A stretch of DNA of 64,000 nucleotides from Chlorokybus atmophyticus (GCA_009103225.1 RHPI01003369.1:565500-629499), one strand, 5' to 3'; positions 1 to 13,500 are shown, counted from the stretch's first letter. Translations and numbers: made by a program. The notes: a model not told the origin generated them from the letters alone.

Positions 1-510
1 TGCATGATGTGCATAGTGCATAGCATAACGCAAAAGTTCTACCCTAATTTGCACACACATGATGCAGCTTGCATCTTTTGTACATATGCAGGTGTAGATG
101 GCAATGGTTGAGGCGTATGCTGCTCACTACACACCACATTGTTTGTGTCACAGTCCAAACGACACAATCACTACCCAGGATGAGTCCAGCATGATTCAAT
201 TACAGTCATGGGTCCTAACTGTGAGTAACAACCAAAATTTGGCCTACTACACATGAAGTTCAGCTCAGCAAGAATTGGCCTGATGCAGAGCGCAAGGTCC
301 AGCTCCACATAACCACTTGAACATGACTATGCAAGAAAAATGTGCCCGCCCTTATATTCCTCTGCATGCATGTGTGTGCTACTGCGGGTGCCCTATGCAT
401 AGACAACCAAGCGCATGCAAGCAGCACACACGCACCAATGCGGCACAATTGGCGTGAGAGAAGCTTAATATTGTTTACACAAAGCACTGCATAGAGCACA
501 ATGTCTGCTT

Positions 511-1352
511 TCACCGCAGGCGCCTGGCCTCGCGCTCTGACTCCAGCAACGTAAGGATGTCACCTAAGAGCACAAAGCAACTGTTCTACCACAAGTTCGA
601 CACCAACATTGCAACACGTTGATAGTGCGTTCTGACTGTGGATGCGTCAATGCCAAAGAGAACGCAAACCACACAGCAACCGCTTTCGTCATGGGCTGTT
701 GCTAAACCATGCACGAAATCAATATGGCTGTGTAATTGTGTAACTGGATGGCGCACATGGATGTGTGGTTTGTGTAGAAGCACATACCTGGGTTGACCTG
801 CCTGTACAATCAATGCGTGAAGGCAATGTGTTTACGTGCACACTCAGTTACTAGTGATTCGCGTAAACTGACACACTGATGGCCCATGCTGCTTGGGAAC
901 TACACGTAAATGATAATGTCATGACGATCGCCAGTAGTATGCTGTTGAAAGGAACAACTTGTGACGGTAAACAACAACGTGTTTGGTCTGTGACGATGCA
1001 ACTTCAAAGTAGCTAAACCGAGTATGAACAGACTGCAATTGAAAGCCGCTTGTGAGGGATATTCATTTGTGACTACCTTCGCGGACGGGTCCCTTGACGT
1101 TGCGCATGATGAGGCGGTTCTGATCGTCCAAGAACTTGACGCGCACCTGGGTGACCTGACCTCTGCTTCCCGTGCGGCCCATCACCTTCATCACAATAGC
1201 CAGCTTCACCGGCGCATCCTGCAACACACAAGACAACGTCTCAACCCTTGTCTGGAAGCATCCTCTGCTCCCCATAACACCCGCTCCACCAAATCATAAT
1301 CCCGACGACGTATATCTCCCCAAGGCAATGACGCATCCAGCTTCCTCACCAT
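511..1352 (-). CDS. RPS28: 40S ribosomal protein S28 (eS28), 3 exons, 65 aa
   Basis: Exons 1352-1350 (ATG|GTGAG), 1218-1077 and 563-511, all with GT-AG boundaries. They splice to [65 protein letters not shown], the eS28 signature sequence. Confidence 0.97.
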
Positions 1353-1449
1353 GACTTCAGCCGACGACGACCACGATGCCCACAAAGACAACGCCCGCGC
1401 GGCGGCGGCGGCAGCGGCGGCAAGAGCGGCGGTGACCAGAGAGGGCGGA

Positions 1450-1636
1450 TTAGGGTTTCAGCCGCCGATTTGCGCTGCAAAGCAAACCAATGCCCGCCTG
1501 CAGTCATCGCTCTGCAAGTACAGCGTGCAACAGTCAGTCCAATTTGGACGGCTGAGATTAGGTTAGATTAGGGCGTTTCGGGTTCAGAGTTGGATCACTT
1601 GGCTCACCTGGGTTCGGTTTACGCTCAGCTTGGGCT
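1450..1636. promoter_or_regulatory. Telo-box (AAACCCTAA on - strand, 1450-1458) and site II motif (TGGGCT, 1631-1636) in the RPS28/F-box divergent intergenic region
   Basis: TTAGGGTTT at 1450-1458, ~100 bp upstream of the RPS28 ATG, and TGGGCT at 1631-1636. This motif pair is typical of plant ribosomal-protein promoters. Motif match only. Confidence 0.5.
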
Positions 1637-1668
1637 CACTGTTGCACCTCAGGGTGCTTGTCTTCCCT

Positions 1669-3682
1669 ATGGCGGAGGGGATGGCGGAGCTATGGGGGGC
1701 AGCGGCGGCGCGCCGGGAGAGTGAGGGTAGTCTTAATGACGAGGATCATACGGAACTCCTTCCTGCCATGCGTGTGAGTAGCGAATTGTGCAACTGCACA
1801 CAGCTTGGACGCTGAAGCTGTGAGCTGCTGTCTGCTCAGCTCACAGCTGTGAGCAACCAAGCCGTGTGCAGTTGCAGCTGGAAGCGTTGGCCACTGATTG
1901 TTGAGCAGTCTCAAGCCATTTAACATTGAGAAGCTTGGAGCTAGTTGATTGTATGTATGTTCTGCAGGAGTCCGTTGGTCCGTTTGCTAGCGACGAGCCA
2001 CTGCTGCGGGCGCTGCGTGAGGCCAAAGGCAAACTGCGGTGGGCAGGTGCTTGTTCATCTTAAGTACACCTCAAACACCACCACATTGCACGTAATATCC
2101 CGCCCACAAGACAATCAACCTCTCCATCGTACGCTCGTCAGAGTGTTCTTCACCTTGAACTGACACGGAAGCATTCACGCTTGAGGTTGATGACGTTCAA
2201 AACCAAAGTTCAGGGTGGTCCGGCAGGGTGGTGAGAACTTTTGTGTTCACATTGCCATAAGAGCATGGCCATGCTCATCAGTGGCAACTCGGTCATTATA
2301 TCAACAAAGGCAGTTGTGCCATTTATTCACAGCAGCAGTGTTTGGTTATGGTTATGGTTATTGAGTTCCCTAGGCAGAGGCAAGCTGTGCACCCAGTCAG
2401 CTGCTCAGCCTGCCATACAACCCGCAGTCAGTGGCTACTTCCGCGACCAGATCCTGGCGATGGATGCCGCATGCGACGGCTGCCAGCCGCCCTCGCGCGC
2501 TGCCGACTACCTGCCGCACCCGCCCACAACCGCCGACGTGAGCATGGACAGAGGCGAGGCAAGCGCTTCTGTTGCGTCGAGTGATGAACTTCTTGAAGGG
2601 TCTACGGTCCATGGTTCTCAAAATCAACAACCCCAAGTAAGCAAATACACCTGTTGTCTACCAGATGCGGAGCCTGGCTGCCTATCTGGCAGGCGTACAT
2701 GTCTTCATATCGAAGACACTAGCAACAATTTGAATGTGATATTTGAATGTAGTGAGTTCTACATTGACACCATACACCACCAAGAAACAGCACTCCCCTC
2801 TGTTTTTCCCGCCAACCACTGATCATAATTGTTTGAAGACTGACACGGGAGAGGTTACATCTTGCACAATGCTGCAACTGATTAGGCTACTTGCAGGTGT
2901 TTATGGCCTTGCCCGAAGCGGCTATCATGGCAGTGCTTGCGCTCTTGGAGCACCGCGATCTCTGCGCAGTCGCGTGCACGCACAGCTACATGCGGCAGCT
3001 GGCATCTGCCGACATCTTGTGGAGAACCCTTTACCACAGGCAGTGGTCGTCCAGCTCCGGCCCGCACAAGTGCACGCTGGCTTGCAAGCTGAAGAGCACC
3101 AGGAGACGTACGATGGTGGAGGTGGCCAACGTGACTGTAGTCAATGTGCATGTTATGGAGGATGACTGTGGTGAAGCGATCAAGCCCATTCAAGGTTTTG
3201 ACAATGAGGGTTTGCGGAGAGAGACCTTTGCTTGGAAGGTCGCATTCGCCCAGCGCAGCCTTGCACAACAGCAACTGGCATGCTTCAGATGTTCAGGTAA
3301 CATGCTACTTTTGGCGACATAAACAGAGGTGACCCATGGCATGCTCACCATGCCAACTCTGCAGCTTTGTTTGTACCTGTCGTATATGGCTTTCCTTCGG
3401 ACCCACTTGTGGCCAGGTACTTTGCGTTCATAGCGTGCTACTATGGTGCGACAAGCTGCTTGGCTGACTGACTTCTTGCCTTGCAGGATGCGGGCTGGGC
3501 AGTGCTACTTGGGAGGGGATGATGTTGGCGGTCACGATGCGGTGTGGTGGTGTCCAGGTTGCCGCATAGGCTTCACGAGGTGGCCGAACCACAACTGGGC
3601 GCGGCTGTCGTCGGCATTGGACCACTTGTTGTCGACAGTAGACAGGTTTGCTGCCCTGATACCCCAATTTCCTTTCATATGA
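1669..3682 (+). CDS. F-box protein with C-terminal CxxC...CxxC zinc-ribbon-like domain (multi-exon)
   Basis: F-box motif LPEAAIMAVLALLEHRDLCAVACTHSYMRQLASADILWRTLY in the exon starting ~2897. The 3' exons (donor 3297, exon 3365-3416, exon 3487-3682) splice in frame to ACFRCSALFVPVVYGFPSDPLVARMRAGQCYLGGDDVGGHDAVWWCPGC. The 5' exons (ATG 1669, ~1969, ~2370-2636) are less certain. Confidence 0.72.
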
Positions 3683-4734
3683 TAGAGAGTAGCTATGCGC
3701 TTGTTTAGCAGCAGCCCTAGCTGGATTAAAGAGACATGACATGTCCAGTGTATGTCGATAGTGTACAGTTTGTCCAGGCCTGGCGTCACCCAGCAGCGTA
3801 ATCCTGTTACAAAAGTGGCGCTGCTGATAGGTGTAAGCCAGCTGGCGAGGCTTTGAGTAAAAGCAGTCAGTAGGCCAACCATTGTACGCACGCAACAGAG
3901 GGTGCTTGGTATCGAGAAAGGTGCACGCAACAGGCAAGCATTCACCCAATGGAAGTGGAGCACAATGCCGGCTCATCTCGCCACCCGCATAGGGTATAGC
4001 ATGGGTCGGAAGCAGTAGAGACAAGCAGCATGCAAGCAGGTTGTTGTGCACATGCATGGTCTCAGCTATAGGCAACACATATCACACCAGACCAACACTC
4101 ATTCCTAAATGACATGCGCGACCACCATTCCAAGGCGCTTGCATGCTACCCACCCTCTACCCCCCACCCCAACCCCAACCCCCGCGCGCGTCAGTCATGC
4201 GTGCATGCCATTGCCGGTGCTTGCTCACATCCTAGTGTATTGATTGTGCATGGCAGTGTGAGGTGTTGATGTCAGTGTCACATGTCTAGCTACAGTCGTT
4301 GCCCATGCGTTAGCTGGCGTTTGCATTGCATTGCAAATTGCAGATATAACTTGCAAATGCATTGCAACCTTGAGTCTACATGTGCCGGTGGACAACGATG
4401 AGTCCATGCAGCAGCAGCAGCAGGCCAACTCGCTTCGCACCGTCACTCGTGCCCTCGCTCCCAGCCTTTTGCCAACAACCGGCGGCCATGGCTCTGACCG
4501 GAGTATTGTGTATTGCGTAATGGCTAAGGTTGCGTCAGCTTGCCAACTCCTTAAACTCTATTACCGTTGACACACAAGTGTTCGCTGTCGGTGCTGTAAC
4601 CATACCTAACGGCCACTAGGCCAAACCGTACACAACAAACCGTCACGGTTGTGTGAAACAACCCTCAACAAACTAGTAGCTACCAGCATGACGGGGTACT
4701 GCCCCGTAAGCGAGCGCTGCGTCTACCTCAGTAG

Positions 4735-5040
4735 TCAGAGGGCCTTGAGCCACATGACCTCATCCCGATACCGCGGCCGCCGCCGGAGCTCCTCGCACCA
4801 AGATAGCCATCGATGGCGATCGCCTGTGCCCGCTGCAAGGCGCATGCCACGTGCTGATGGCAGATGCGGATGAAGCCCTCCCGACGCCGTGGCTTCGCCC
4901 CGCGTGCTGTGGCGATGTGGCGCGCATATAATCACAGCACGTGCTAGAAGTGCTCTCATAACGTCCCATGCTTGTCCATCGCGAGCGGGTAGAAGGCGTC
5001 TCCCGCCGGGTGGTCATCATTCTTGCATCGCTTGTCAACT
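4735..5040 (-). mobile_element. Decayed 3' fragment of an RLE-type (CRE/R2-like) non-LTR retrotransposon
   Basis: A minus frame broken by stops reads GDAFYPLAMDKHGTL*EHF*HVL*LYARHIATARG...ICHQHVACALQRAQAIAI. It matches the RLE C-terminal motifs (P-L-A-x-E-x-x-G-x-L; R/H-x-ACALQRA) also seen at 26.2-26.45 kb. Confidence 0.6.
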
Positions 5041-6169
5041 GCATGCGCGTGTAACCCAACACATGCTATGCATCACATCCTTTCAGGGGCCGAGTCTTAA
5101 TTGTGGCAGCACCAACGAAATCTTATCTGACACAACTTCATGAGATATTGTGGAAGTAAGCACTTACTCGTATGTTCGCATCCTTGGAAGCGATAAAATG
5201 TCCTCGCAACTGAAGTTGGTTTAACAATTGACTAGATCGAAGCACTAGTAAAACCATCTCAATGCAGCCAACGAGGGTACAATGGAGTAGCACCCCCACC
5301 ATCCGCATACTGTGCTGCGTGCCCAGTAGTACATGTACCCATTATTGTGACAAATGACAAAAGGTTGGGCACAAGCACAAAATGCAGATGTATACACAGT
5401 TGCAGCACGGCAGGTATGTGGTGGAAGAGCAGTGCTGGACACAGCAAAGGGAATAGTACTCAACTCCGCTCTGTGCATTGGGCTGCGTTGCGGTGGGTAA
5501 GGCCATCCTCATAGTGCACAGTCTCTTGTGAGCATATGCAGGCTTGTGCAGGTGCCTTGCCTGCTGGATGCAGTGAGCTAAGTGCTCGAAGCTTCTACAG
5601 CTTCAGTTGTGCGAGCTGTGCAACGGCTCATGTACGAAGTCGGGGTCATCATGTAGCGCATACGATGCAATGGTTGGAGGGTGCCTCCATGTCCTCCAAG
5701 ACAAGTACGCTAGGCCCCCATACGCACACAGCAGGAAGAAAGCGCATGCCTGTGGGACGAACACACTGTTGGACAGCTGACAGCGCTGCTGGAGTGCAAA
5801 ACCAAAACAAGCTGCGTAATGTATGGCCTGTGCAAGCCACGTACTTGCCATCTTGCTCAAGCATGACAGCCTAAGCCACGACTCCATGATGCTGCTCGAT
5901 GCATCGTGTGAGTGCAGCAACTGAGACTTCACTTGTATACCCGTGCTACATGCACTACATGCTACGACATGCCTGCTACACAGTGAACAGAATCACCGAC
6001 ATGAAAGCCGACCAGCTTAGTTAAACTGATTTAAACTACATCACCATATCAAGAAAGATGCCATACCACCACCCTTGCTTAAGGCACGCACAACGCAAAA
6101 TATGACCAACCAGCAGTCTGACGATGGTGACAGCTACATACAACGTAAACCCTGTGGACTAACAAAAAT

Positions 6170-7017
6170 TTACTGTAATTGTGTTATCTTAATTACAATA
6201 TGGCTGCTTTTGTTGGCAAGAACAGATTGCAATGTGAATAAAGATAACAAGAGCAAAACCAAACATACCGCAGCTACTTTTGGTTTCAGCTCGCCGCTGC
6301 AGACTTTGGTTTGCGCTTCTCCGACAGCGCGGTTGCATGTGACCGAGGCCAGGATCAAGCAGATAAAAGCCAGGGAGCCCGCCGCGACATTGGCCCAAAA
6401 CTCCTGCCACACACACCAGACATGAGTCCGGACTTGCAAACAAGCACAACTCCAAGCATGCACGCACACGTCGAGGACAACAGCATTGCGCATGACGTTT
6501 ACCACAATGGGTGCGAGTGGGGGTCCGTTCAGAAGCTGATACACGAGATATGTACTTGCAAGCCCCCACATAACAAGCCCTGCAGCACATCAACACAATA
6601 TAACGCGACCACTCCTGAAAGCAAGCTGCACATGATGAAATAAACCAGGAAAGAGACCACAAACTGTTGCAGTGCGTGGGAGAGTACATGCACATACCGA
6701 ACACAACAACAAACTTGAACTCCCCGTGCTGGCCGTGCTTCGAGTAGGACAGCATCAGACTCCACATCAACAGTGAGCAGACCTGCATGACAGAAACAGC
6801 AGGCAAATACTTCTGTATAGCCAGCGGAACTATGGCATGCACATGCGCATGTGACGATGATTGTTTGGTTGAGAAACAGCAGCGTGAGCAAGTGTTGCCA
6901 GATTTGCGACTACAACCACACCGCACGCACCCATTGGGCGAATGTGACGCGAAATTTCGGAGTTGATAGCGCGTCCCAATGCAGCGTAACAGCAGCTGCT
7001 GAACCAAAAGCTGGCAT
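6170..7017 (-). CDS. Four-TM MARVEL / CASP-like membrane protein
   Basis: Exons 7017-6931, 6782-6698, 6579-6470 and 6403-6170 are phase-compatible with GT-AG boundaries. The product has four hydrophobic segments (FRVTFAQWVCSLLMWSLML; FKFVVVFGLVMWGLASTYLVY; EFWANVAAGSLAFICLILASV; KVAAVCLVLLLLSLFTLQSV) and two Cys in the TM3-TM4 loop. The 3' end may be spliced further. Confidence 0.55.
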
Positions 7018-7570
7018 GGCTGCTGAAGCAGCAGGCACATGCGGGGGGCTCCGCCCCCCGCCTTACATCCAACCTAGACTAACTCTGCTTCTGCCTTAAC
7101 ACCGTTCGGGGCAACCACCCGTCGTTTGACTAGGATGAAAACTAATACCAGCTCCTTGTCGTTGCCGCCACCATCGCCGCCGACGACACCGCCGCCACCA
7201 ACACCACCGACGTCGCCGCTGCCTTCAGCAATGCCGACAAGCATAGCGTGCAGACAGCGTGCACATTGTCGACTACCGACGGTCATCAGTCGACAGTCGG
7301 TGCTTCTAGTTGCAACAAGCAGGTTGACCTCGACGACGGTAAGTGCACCTATAAGCTGCTGGGCGGCGGTGCTGCAGGCGGCGGCGGTGTGGACGAGGAG
7401 TTTGTTGTGTGGTGGATTGCCTTATCGGTCGTAGTCCTGCCTGTTTGGCGCTTCGTTCGCTGGAAGGTGTGAAAGGCGCATGTGGGTCGTTGGGGAGGCA
7501 GTGAGGGCATGGGCTAGCCCAGTGAGCTGCTACCAGCGCTGCTGCTCGGTCAGCAGCAGCAGCGTCGTTG

Positions 7571-10500
7571 ATGGAGGCGGAGGAGTGGCCGCCAGGGCTA
7601 CGGGAAGCTCTGCTGGGCGAGCTGCTGTCGTCGTCGCCAGGGTCGGCCGAGGAGACAGAGTCCTTGCTGCCGGAATTGACGCAGCAGCTCGCTGGGGCCT
7701 TTGACGACAGCGCCGACAAGGACACTGACATTCAGAACCTTACTACTAACCCTTTGCAGCTGCTGCTTGATCCGCCTGCATTGACAGCCAGGTCGCGCTT
7801 GTCGGATCGCGGAGCTGCCCGCGTGGTGTCAGCCGCACGCTGGCTGATAAGCCTTGATTCTCAAACGGCTGTTGAGGTGTGTACTCGTGAGATGCTTGGT
7901 GCTATGCTCCGACATTGTTCGCATGGTGGCATTGTAACTGTCGTATAACAAATCACATCGTCAATGACAATCATGACAACACAACCAGTTTCTGCATACC
8001 AGTTGTTGCTGCATATACAGAAATTGTTGTATGCCTTCAGATGGGCGCGGTTACAGCGCAGCATGCCCGGGGTTGCTGATTGCATGGCCCGTACTGTCAC
8101 CGACTTGCAGGGCCAACAGTTGTGAACAACAGTTTTGATGGTTCGTTTGTGATGTTGTTTGGTATGTCAGCGCTGTGGCAGCAGCTTAGGAATCAATTTG
8201 CAAAACTAGTTGCAGTAGTGAATTAAAGGTTTCAGCATTGCCTACCCTGCATGCATTACTAGCTGACAAATACGTTGCAGTCCAATATCCACCCAGACGT
8301 GGTCGGTCAGGTTGTACTGATAGTCATAACACTGTATGTTCTGCTTCTGCGTTTTGCTACATGCACAACCAGCATGTGAGCCATCAAGGGAGTCCTCATG
8401 CAGTCTCATTGCCAGTTCTATTTGCAGCACAAGTACATTGCTCTTGTTTATAACTATTGTGAACTTGATATCATTGCATAAAGTTGCCATTGTCATTAGC
8501 ATGGCAGCGGATCCATGTCAGTGTGCTATTTGATGTCTACGCTCACTTTTTGCATGCGGTTGGCAGACAGCGGGTGCGTTGCTGCGATGGTTGCAAACAG
8601 CCAATGTGGCTGCTGGCATTGAGACCGCCAATGCACTAGTGGAGTTGGTGAGCATTTTGCCATTTCAGACTCGTTCAGCCACAGGAGCAACTGCAAACAT
8701 CTCGCTTGCAGTGTTCCTGTTAGAATTCGCTGATACAGCTTATGAGGACGCGAGTGTGCCTTTCAATCTCAAGAGTTTGGTGGCAGCGCGCTTGCTGGCA
8801 CCATACCGGACGCATGTCCCGGCCAGAACCAACTTAGCAACAGGGCAGCATGACGGCCTGGCCAGCCTCATCTGCTATGGTCTGCAGCTTTGCATGGAGC
8901 TCGCATCAATTGGGCCGCTCGGACATGGCGCTGCAGCAGCATCTGCAAGCAACAGAGCAGCTACATTTGACAACGGGCAGGCACTTTTTCAGCAGTACAG
9001 TCCATTGTCTTTACTGGAGCATGTCTTGTCCTGCGAAGGACAGGTGTTCACGGGATTGCTCAGGTTGTTGACAGTAGCGGCCGCACTATGTCATAGTGAT
9101 GCTTCGGAAGGTGGTTTGAGCCCTGTCAGTGACAACCTGTTCGGCACGGACGCTGGTGCTTCTGATATCGCCTTCAGCGATGAAGAAGCATGGCTTGCAG
9201 ATCTGTTTGAAGAGGACTTGAGCTTTCGCAGCTTTGAGCACGAGCATGAGTCGGCAACTATGAATGTAAGTATTCGTGCAGCAGTGGTGCAATGCAAGAG
9301 GGTAGGGTCATGTTTCTAGGCAGTCTTGTCCTTGCTTCATGAACTGCATGCAGGTATTGCTTCTAATCTAGGGTGTGAGTATGGTGGATTTGGTATCGCT
9401 GAAGTTCCTGTTCTTGGACAGTTGTTTGGGACGCAGGACAGTACCTGGTCGCACGTCATTCAACTGGTTGCAGATATTCTCATTGACCATCGCTGGGTTT
9501 GGGTGGGGCAGTCCGGGCAGCTGCGGCCTAACCATGTCGATCAGGCAGTGGAGGCTTTGTGCAGTTTGGACTCTCAGCCTGGATTACCTCCACACTCACC
9601 TGCAAACAGGTATGTAGCCAGGGGTAACTGACTCACCGTCATATTGTTATTTTGGCCAAAATGTATCTAATGATCTGTTTTGTGGTGGAGACTAGTACGT
9701 AGGAGTAGGAGCACGTCTGTGTCAATGTGGTTCTTGACTTCTTGGACTTGACTGGTCTTATAGTTTTTGTGTTTGTAGTGTGCTGCAGGTTGTCAACGCT
9801 TTATTCGATGCAGCCAGTAATGAGGTGCAGTATTACGTGTTGCGAATACTGCTTCACGCAGTCCTGCAGCGCAGATGCACGTCGGTGGAGGTGACCAAGC
9901 TTGTGCTGAGATTGGCTGCGACAAAGGTCGCGTCAACTCATGTTGATCATGTGGCCAAAATGTTGTGGCAAGATTATTTCACGTTTGTTGGCAACGCATT
10001 CACCGATGAAAACGCCACGTTCACAGCAGCTGTGGCGGCAGTTCCCCCTCGCCATTATCTGGAGTTGTTGTTAATGTTTTATCACAGTACCAAGGAAGCA
10101 AAGCCAGATATCTTCTCTACTGCTTGCAATGCGGTTGCACAATTTCAGAGCCTTGACTCCAGCGTGCTCAGGCGTGCACCAGTGCACTTGCATGCCAGTC
10201 ACCTGCTGTCCATGCTGCAGCATCTTATCACCTATCAGCAACAGCTGCCAGCCTGGTTGGTGCTGCGCATGCAGTCACTACTCCACAATGGAGATATTGC
10301 CGATGACAGTCTGCACCCATCAAGCTTGGATTGGGCACGCGCTTATTGCGCAGCCCTCCAGCATCTGCCTTTGTACCAGTTGGTTCCAGACCCTGATGTT
10401 GCCACTGGTGCCGGCTGCGGATCTGTCAACACAGATGCACTTGTTAAGCTGCTCGAGGCCACTTTGTCTTCCCAGGAGGGTGATGGCGAACAGTTGGTTG

Positions 10501-13500
10501 CTGGTCATTGTCGCCAGCTGGTCTTTAATCTGCTTGACATGCGCAACTTACCGCAGCTGGACGTTGCATCCTCTGGGCTACAGCATGTCATGCGACTGTA
10601 CCAAGCTGGCCACCGTTTGCAGGACTCTGTGACACAGGGGATTGTCAAAGAATGTGCTGTTGAACTAGCATCAGCTGCATTGGCTGCACACCATGGTGAC
10701 GCCTCAGCCATGTTCGGCGTCAATGCTGCATTGGAGTTTGCATTGTGTCAGCTGCAGATTGCAATTAGTTCCATTGGAGTTGACGCAGGTGACTGGAGTA
10801 CTGGCATCAGGCAGTTCAGCATGATTATCCGGGGTTACAGCACGACGCTTAGTGAACTAGCTGTGAAGGCCATCGCCCATGAACATGGCGAGCGAACAGC
10901 GAAGGCTGCCCTACTGCTTCTGACCTCTGGTACAAATGCATTGCAAGCTGAAAAAATGGCTCGGTTGCCAGAAGGATACTTACATACGTTCCATCAACAC
11001 GGTTGGGAGGAATGGCAATCAAGGTCTACGGGGCTCATAAACAGCAGAAAAGGCGTGCTGCTTGAGCTGTTTGTATGGCACGGGTTCCCGCCTTTAGCTG
11101 CGTTTAGGTCCTGCCAAGCTGCACTGTATTCAGTGCTGGTTTCTGCTTCCACTCTACTCTCATCTGGGGTGCGGTTGGAGGCGCCAGACGTTGCAGTGAC
11201 CATGCTGCAGGAGGTGTCATCTATTGCAAGCAATGGCTTTTTAAGTTATGCGCATGCACCTTGCGCAAGCATTCTGCAGGTTTTAGCGGCAGACGCGTCC
11301 CATCAGTTGCAAAGGGACTGCATGTACATGCAGCATTCACTGTCTGTATTGAAAGAGGTTGGCAACCAGACGCTCAGCTCAGACATGCAAATGACAGTTC
11401 TGGCTGGAGTCAGCGAGAAGTGGCAAAAGCTGTATGAGGGGAACTTGCAAGATGCCTTTGCTGAACATCTGGGTCAGGCTCATGCTGTGCAACTGCTGCT
11501 TGAAACTCTGTCCAAGTCCCCAGCTGTTGATACCAAGACTATGGCCTTACTGGTGCTGCTTGCAAAAAATCAGCAATTGTGCAGTGACATGCGCCAATGG
11601 GTCCTTCAGTCTGATCAGGCAGTGTAAGTCGCGAGAAACTCATACCAATTTTGGTAATGCACACACTTATGCTTGCATAAGAGTTTCTACAGTATGCATA
11701 CGCATATGTTGGTAGTCTGGCATTTTTATCTTAGCAATGATTGTGCGCAGGTTCTCAGCTTGGTTGATGCCACGCATCTTGGCACCATTGCAGGAGGTGC
11801 GAAGGTTGAGTGGAGAGCTCTTGGTGCTGTGGTGTTGGGCCGGAGAAGGTCCTCAGCTGGAAGTCACGGAGCGCATACTGGCAACGCTGCTGGCATTTGT
11901 GCATCAGTCCTTTGAGATGGACAGTCATGATGCATCAGCTATTCAGGAATTGGTCACTGTGGCGCTGCAGTTGGCTTGTTCCGCTGGGCCTGTATCCAAG
12001 TCACTCCTTCATCAAGTGCTTGTGTCGCTGCAGAAGCTGTTAATTGCCGCCCTAAGCCTGTCTGATTACAACTTGCGCAGCAGTCGGCTATTACTCTTGA
12101 TCAGGATCTTGGATGGGTTTCTTGCGTACGGAGCGTTGCATACGACATCTCTCAACCCACCAGGTGACAAGAACACTGGGGCAGTTTCCGACGATACGCA
12201 TGCTTTGACCGCCGGCAATAAAGTGATGACTGCCAGCAGTTTTCCTGACCTGGATGTGGCATCTGATGACGATGAAGAGGATGCTGAGATTGTTTCTGAT
12301 AATGAAGCTGCTGGAGCAAGGGATGTATTCTCTGATGCTACAGATTTTGCTGGCTCTGATGACGAACGCGCACTTTGTTCCAAGACGTGTACATTTACCA
12401 CAAGCGGGAGCAGTTTCATGGAACAACATTGGTACTTCTGCTACACTTGCGACCTCACACTCTCCAAGGGTTGTTGCAGTGTGTGTGCGCGTGTTTGTCA
12501 CCGTGGCCACGCCGTGTCTTATTCACGTTACTCCCGCTTCTTTTGCGACTGTGGAGCCGGGTAATCAATATTGCACATCGCAGGCCAAACAAGTTGCAGA
12601 TCTCTTGCTGACTGCTTGCTCTTGTGCAGGGTCCGAGGTACCTCTTGCATGGCTCTGGCTCCTCGAGCGTACGTGCCGTCTGTCAGAGATGGGAGAATTT
12701 CTCTAAGTCCCGGCAGAGATGGAGGCATGCTTGACGGTGACAGTGACAGTGATGATGATGCAGAAGGCGCTGGTCCCAAGAAGTTGCAGCCTTTGCCAGA
12801 ACAAGTTAATGTGCATCCATCACTGCAGCAATCTGTCAAGCAGCTGCTTGTCGACTCACAGCTCGAGCGCGATTTACTTCAGATGTGCTTAGATGTCCTG
12901 CAAGCATCTGAGGACCTCAAACTCGAGCGCAACAATTTAATTGCATTTCAGAATCTGTCACTGGCTGCTGACTTGCTACCCGAGAGTGCTGAGCTGATGT
13001 CGCTGAATCGCTCATTTAAGGTGGGTAATGTCATTACTTGGGCTTCTCTGGTGGCTGACTTGTTACCTGATTGAACTGGTCTGGTCCTGCAGAGCGGGAG
13101 TCTGGATCTCAAGGTAAAGGTGGACTACCCTCTGTCGCGCGATTTGCGTAATCTGACATCAGGAGGCCAGCTAGTAAAGGCATGTGTGAGTGCTTCACAT
13201 GCTGGGCGCATTGCAGTCGGGGAAGGTGACAAGGTTGCTTTATTTGAGGCGCCTTCAGTATCGGGGCAAGCAGCAACAGTGAGTGATAAAAGCAGCCTGA
13301 AAGTGCTATCTCGCAACGCGGTGCGGTTTGAAGTGGTGCATGTGGCTTTCAATGCCATCAACGACTCCTTTTTAGCTGTTGCTGGGTAAGTACTTGCTGA
13401 TGTCCATCAAATCGTTTGCATTGTGCTAAGGTGTGGCACTGTGTGCGCTGGCTAGCGCTCAATGCTTGCAAGTGGATAGCTAACCATGTTATTGTGGCAG

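Noticed and set aside
3428-4078. 216-aa minus-strand ORF
   Set aside because: Its 3' 250 nt are antisense to the last F-box exon (3487-3682), it has no recognisable motif and no convincing upstream exon chain. Probably non-coding.
7126-7472. Pro-rich ORF and a possible TM exon (VVWWIALSVVVLPVWRF) just upstream of BIG
   Set aside because: Could be a small gene or BIG 5' exons, but the frame arises from GCC/ACC-rich low complexity and no consistent splice model could be built.
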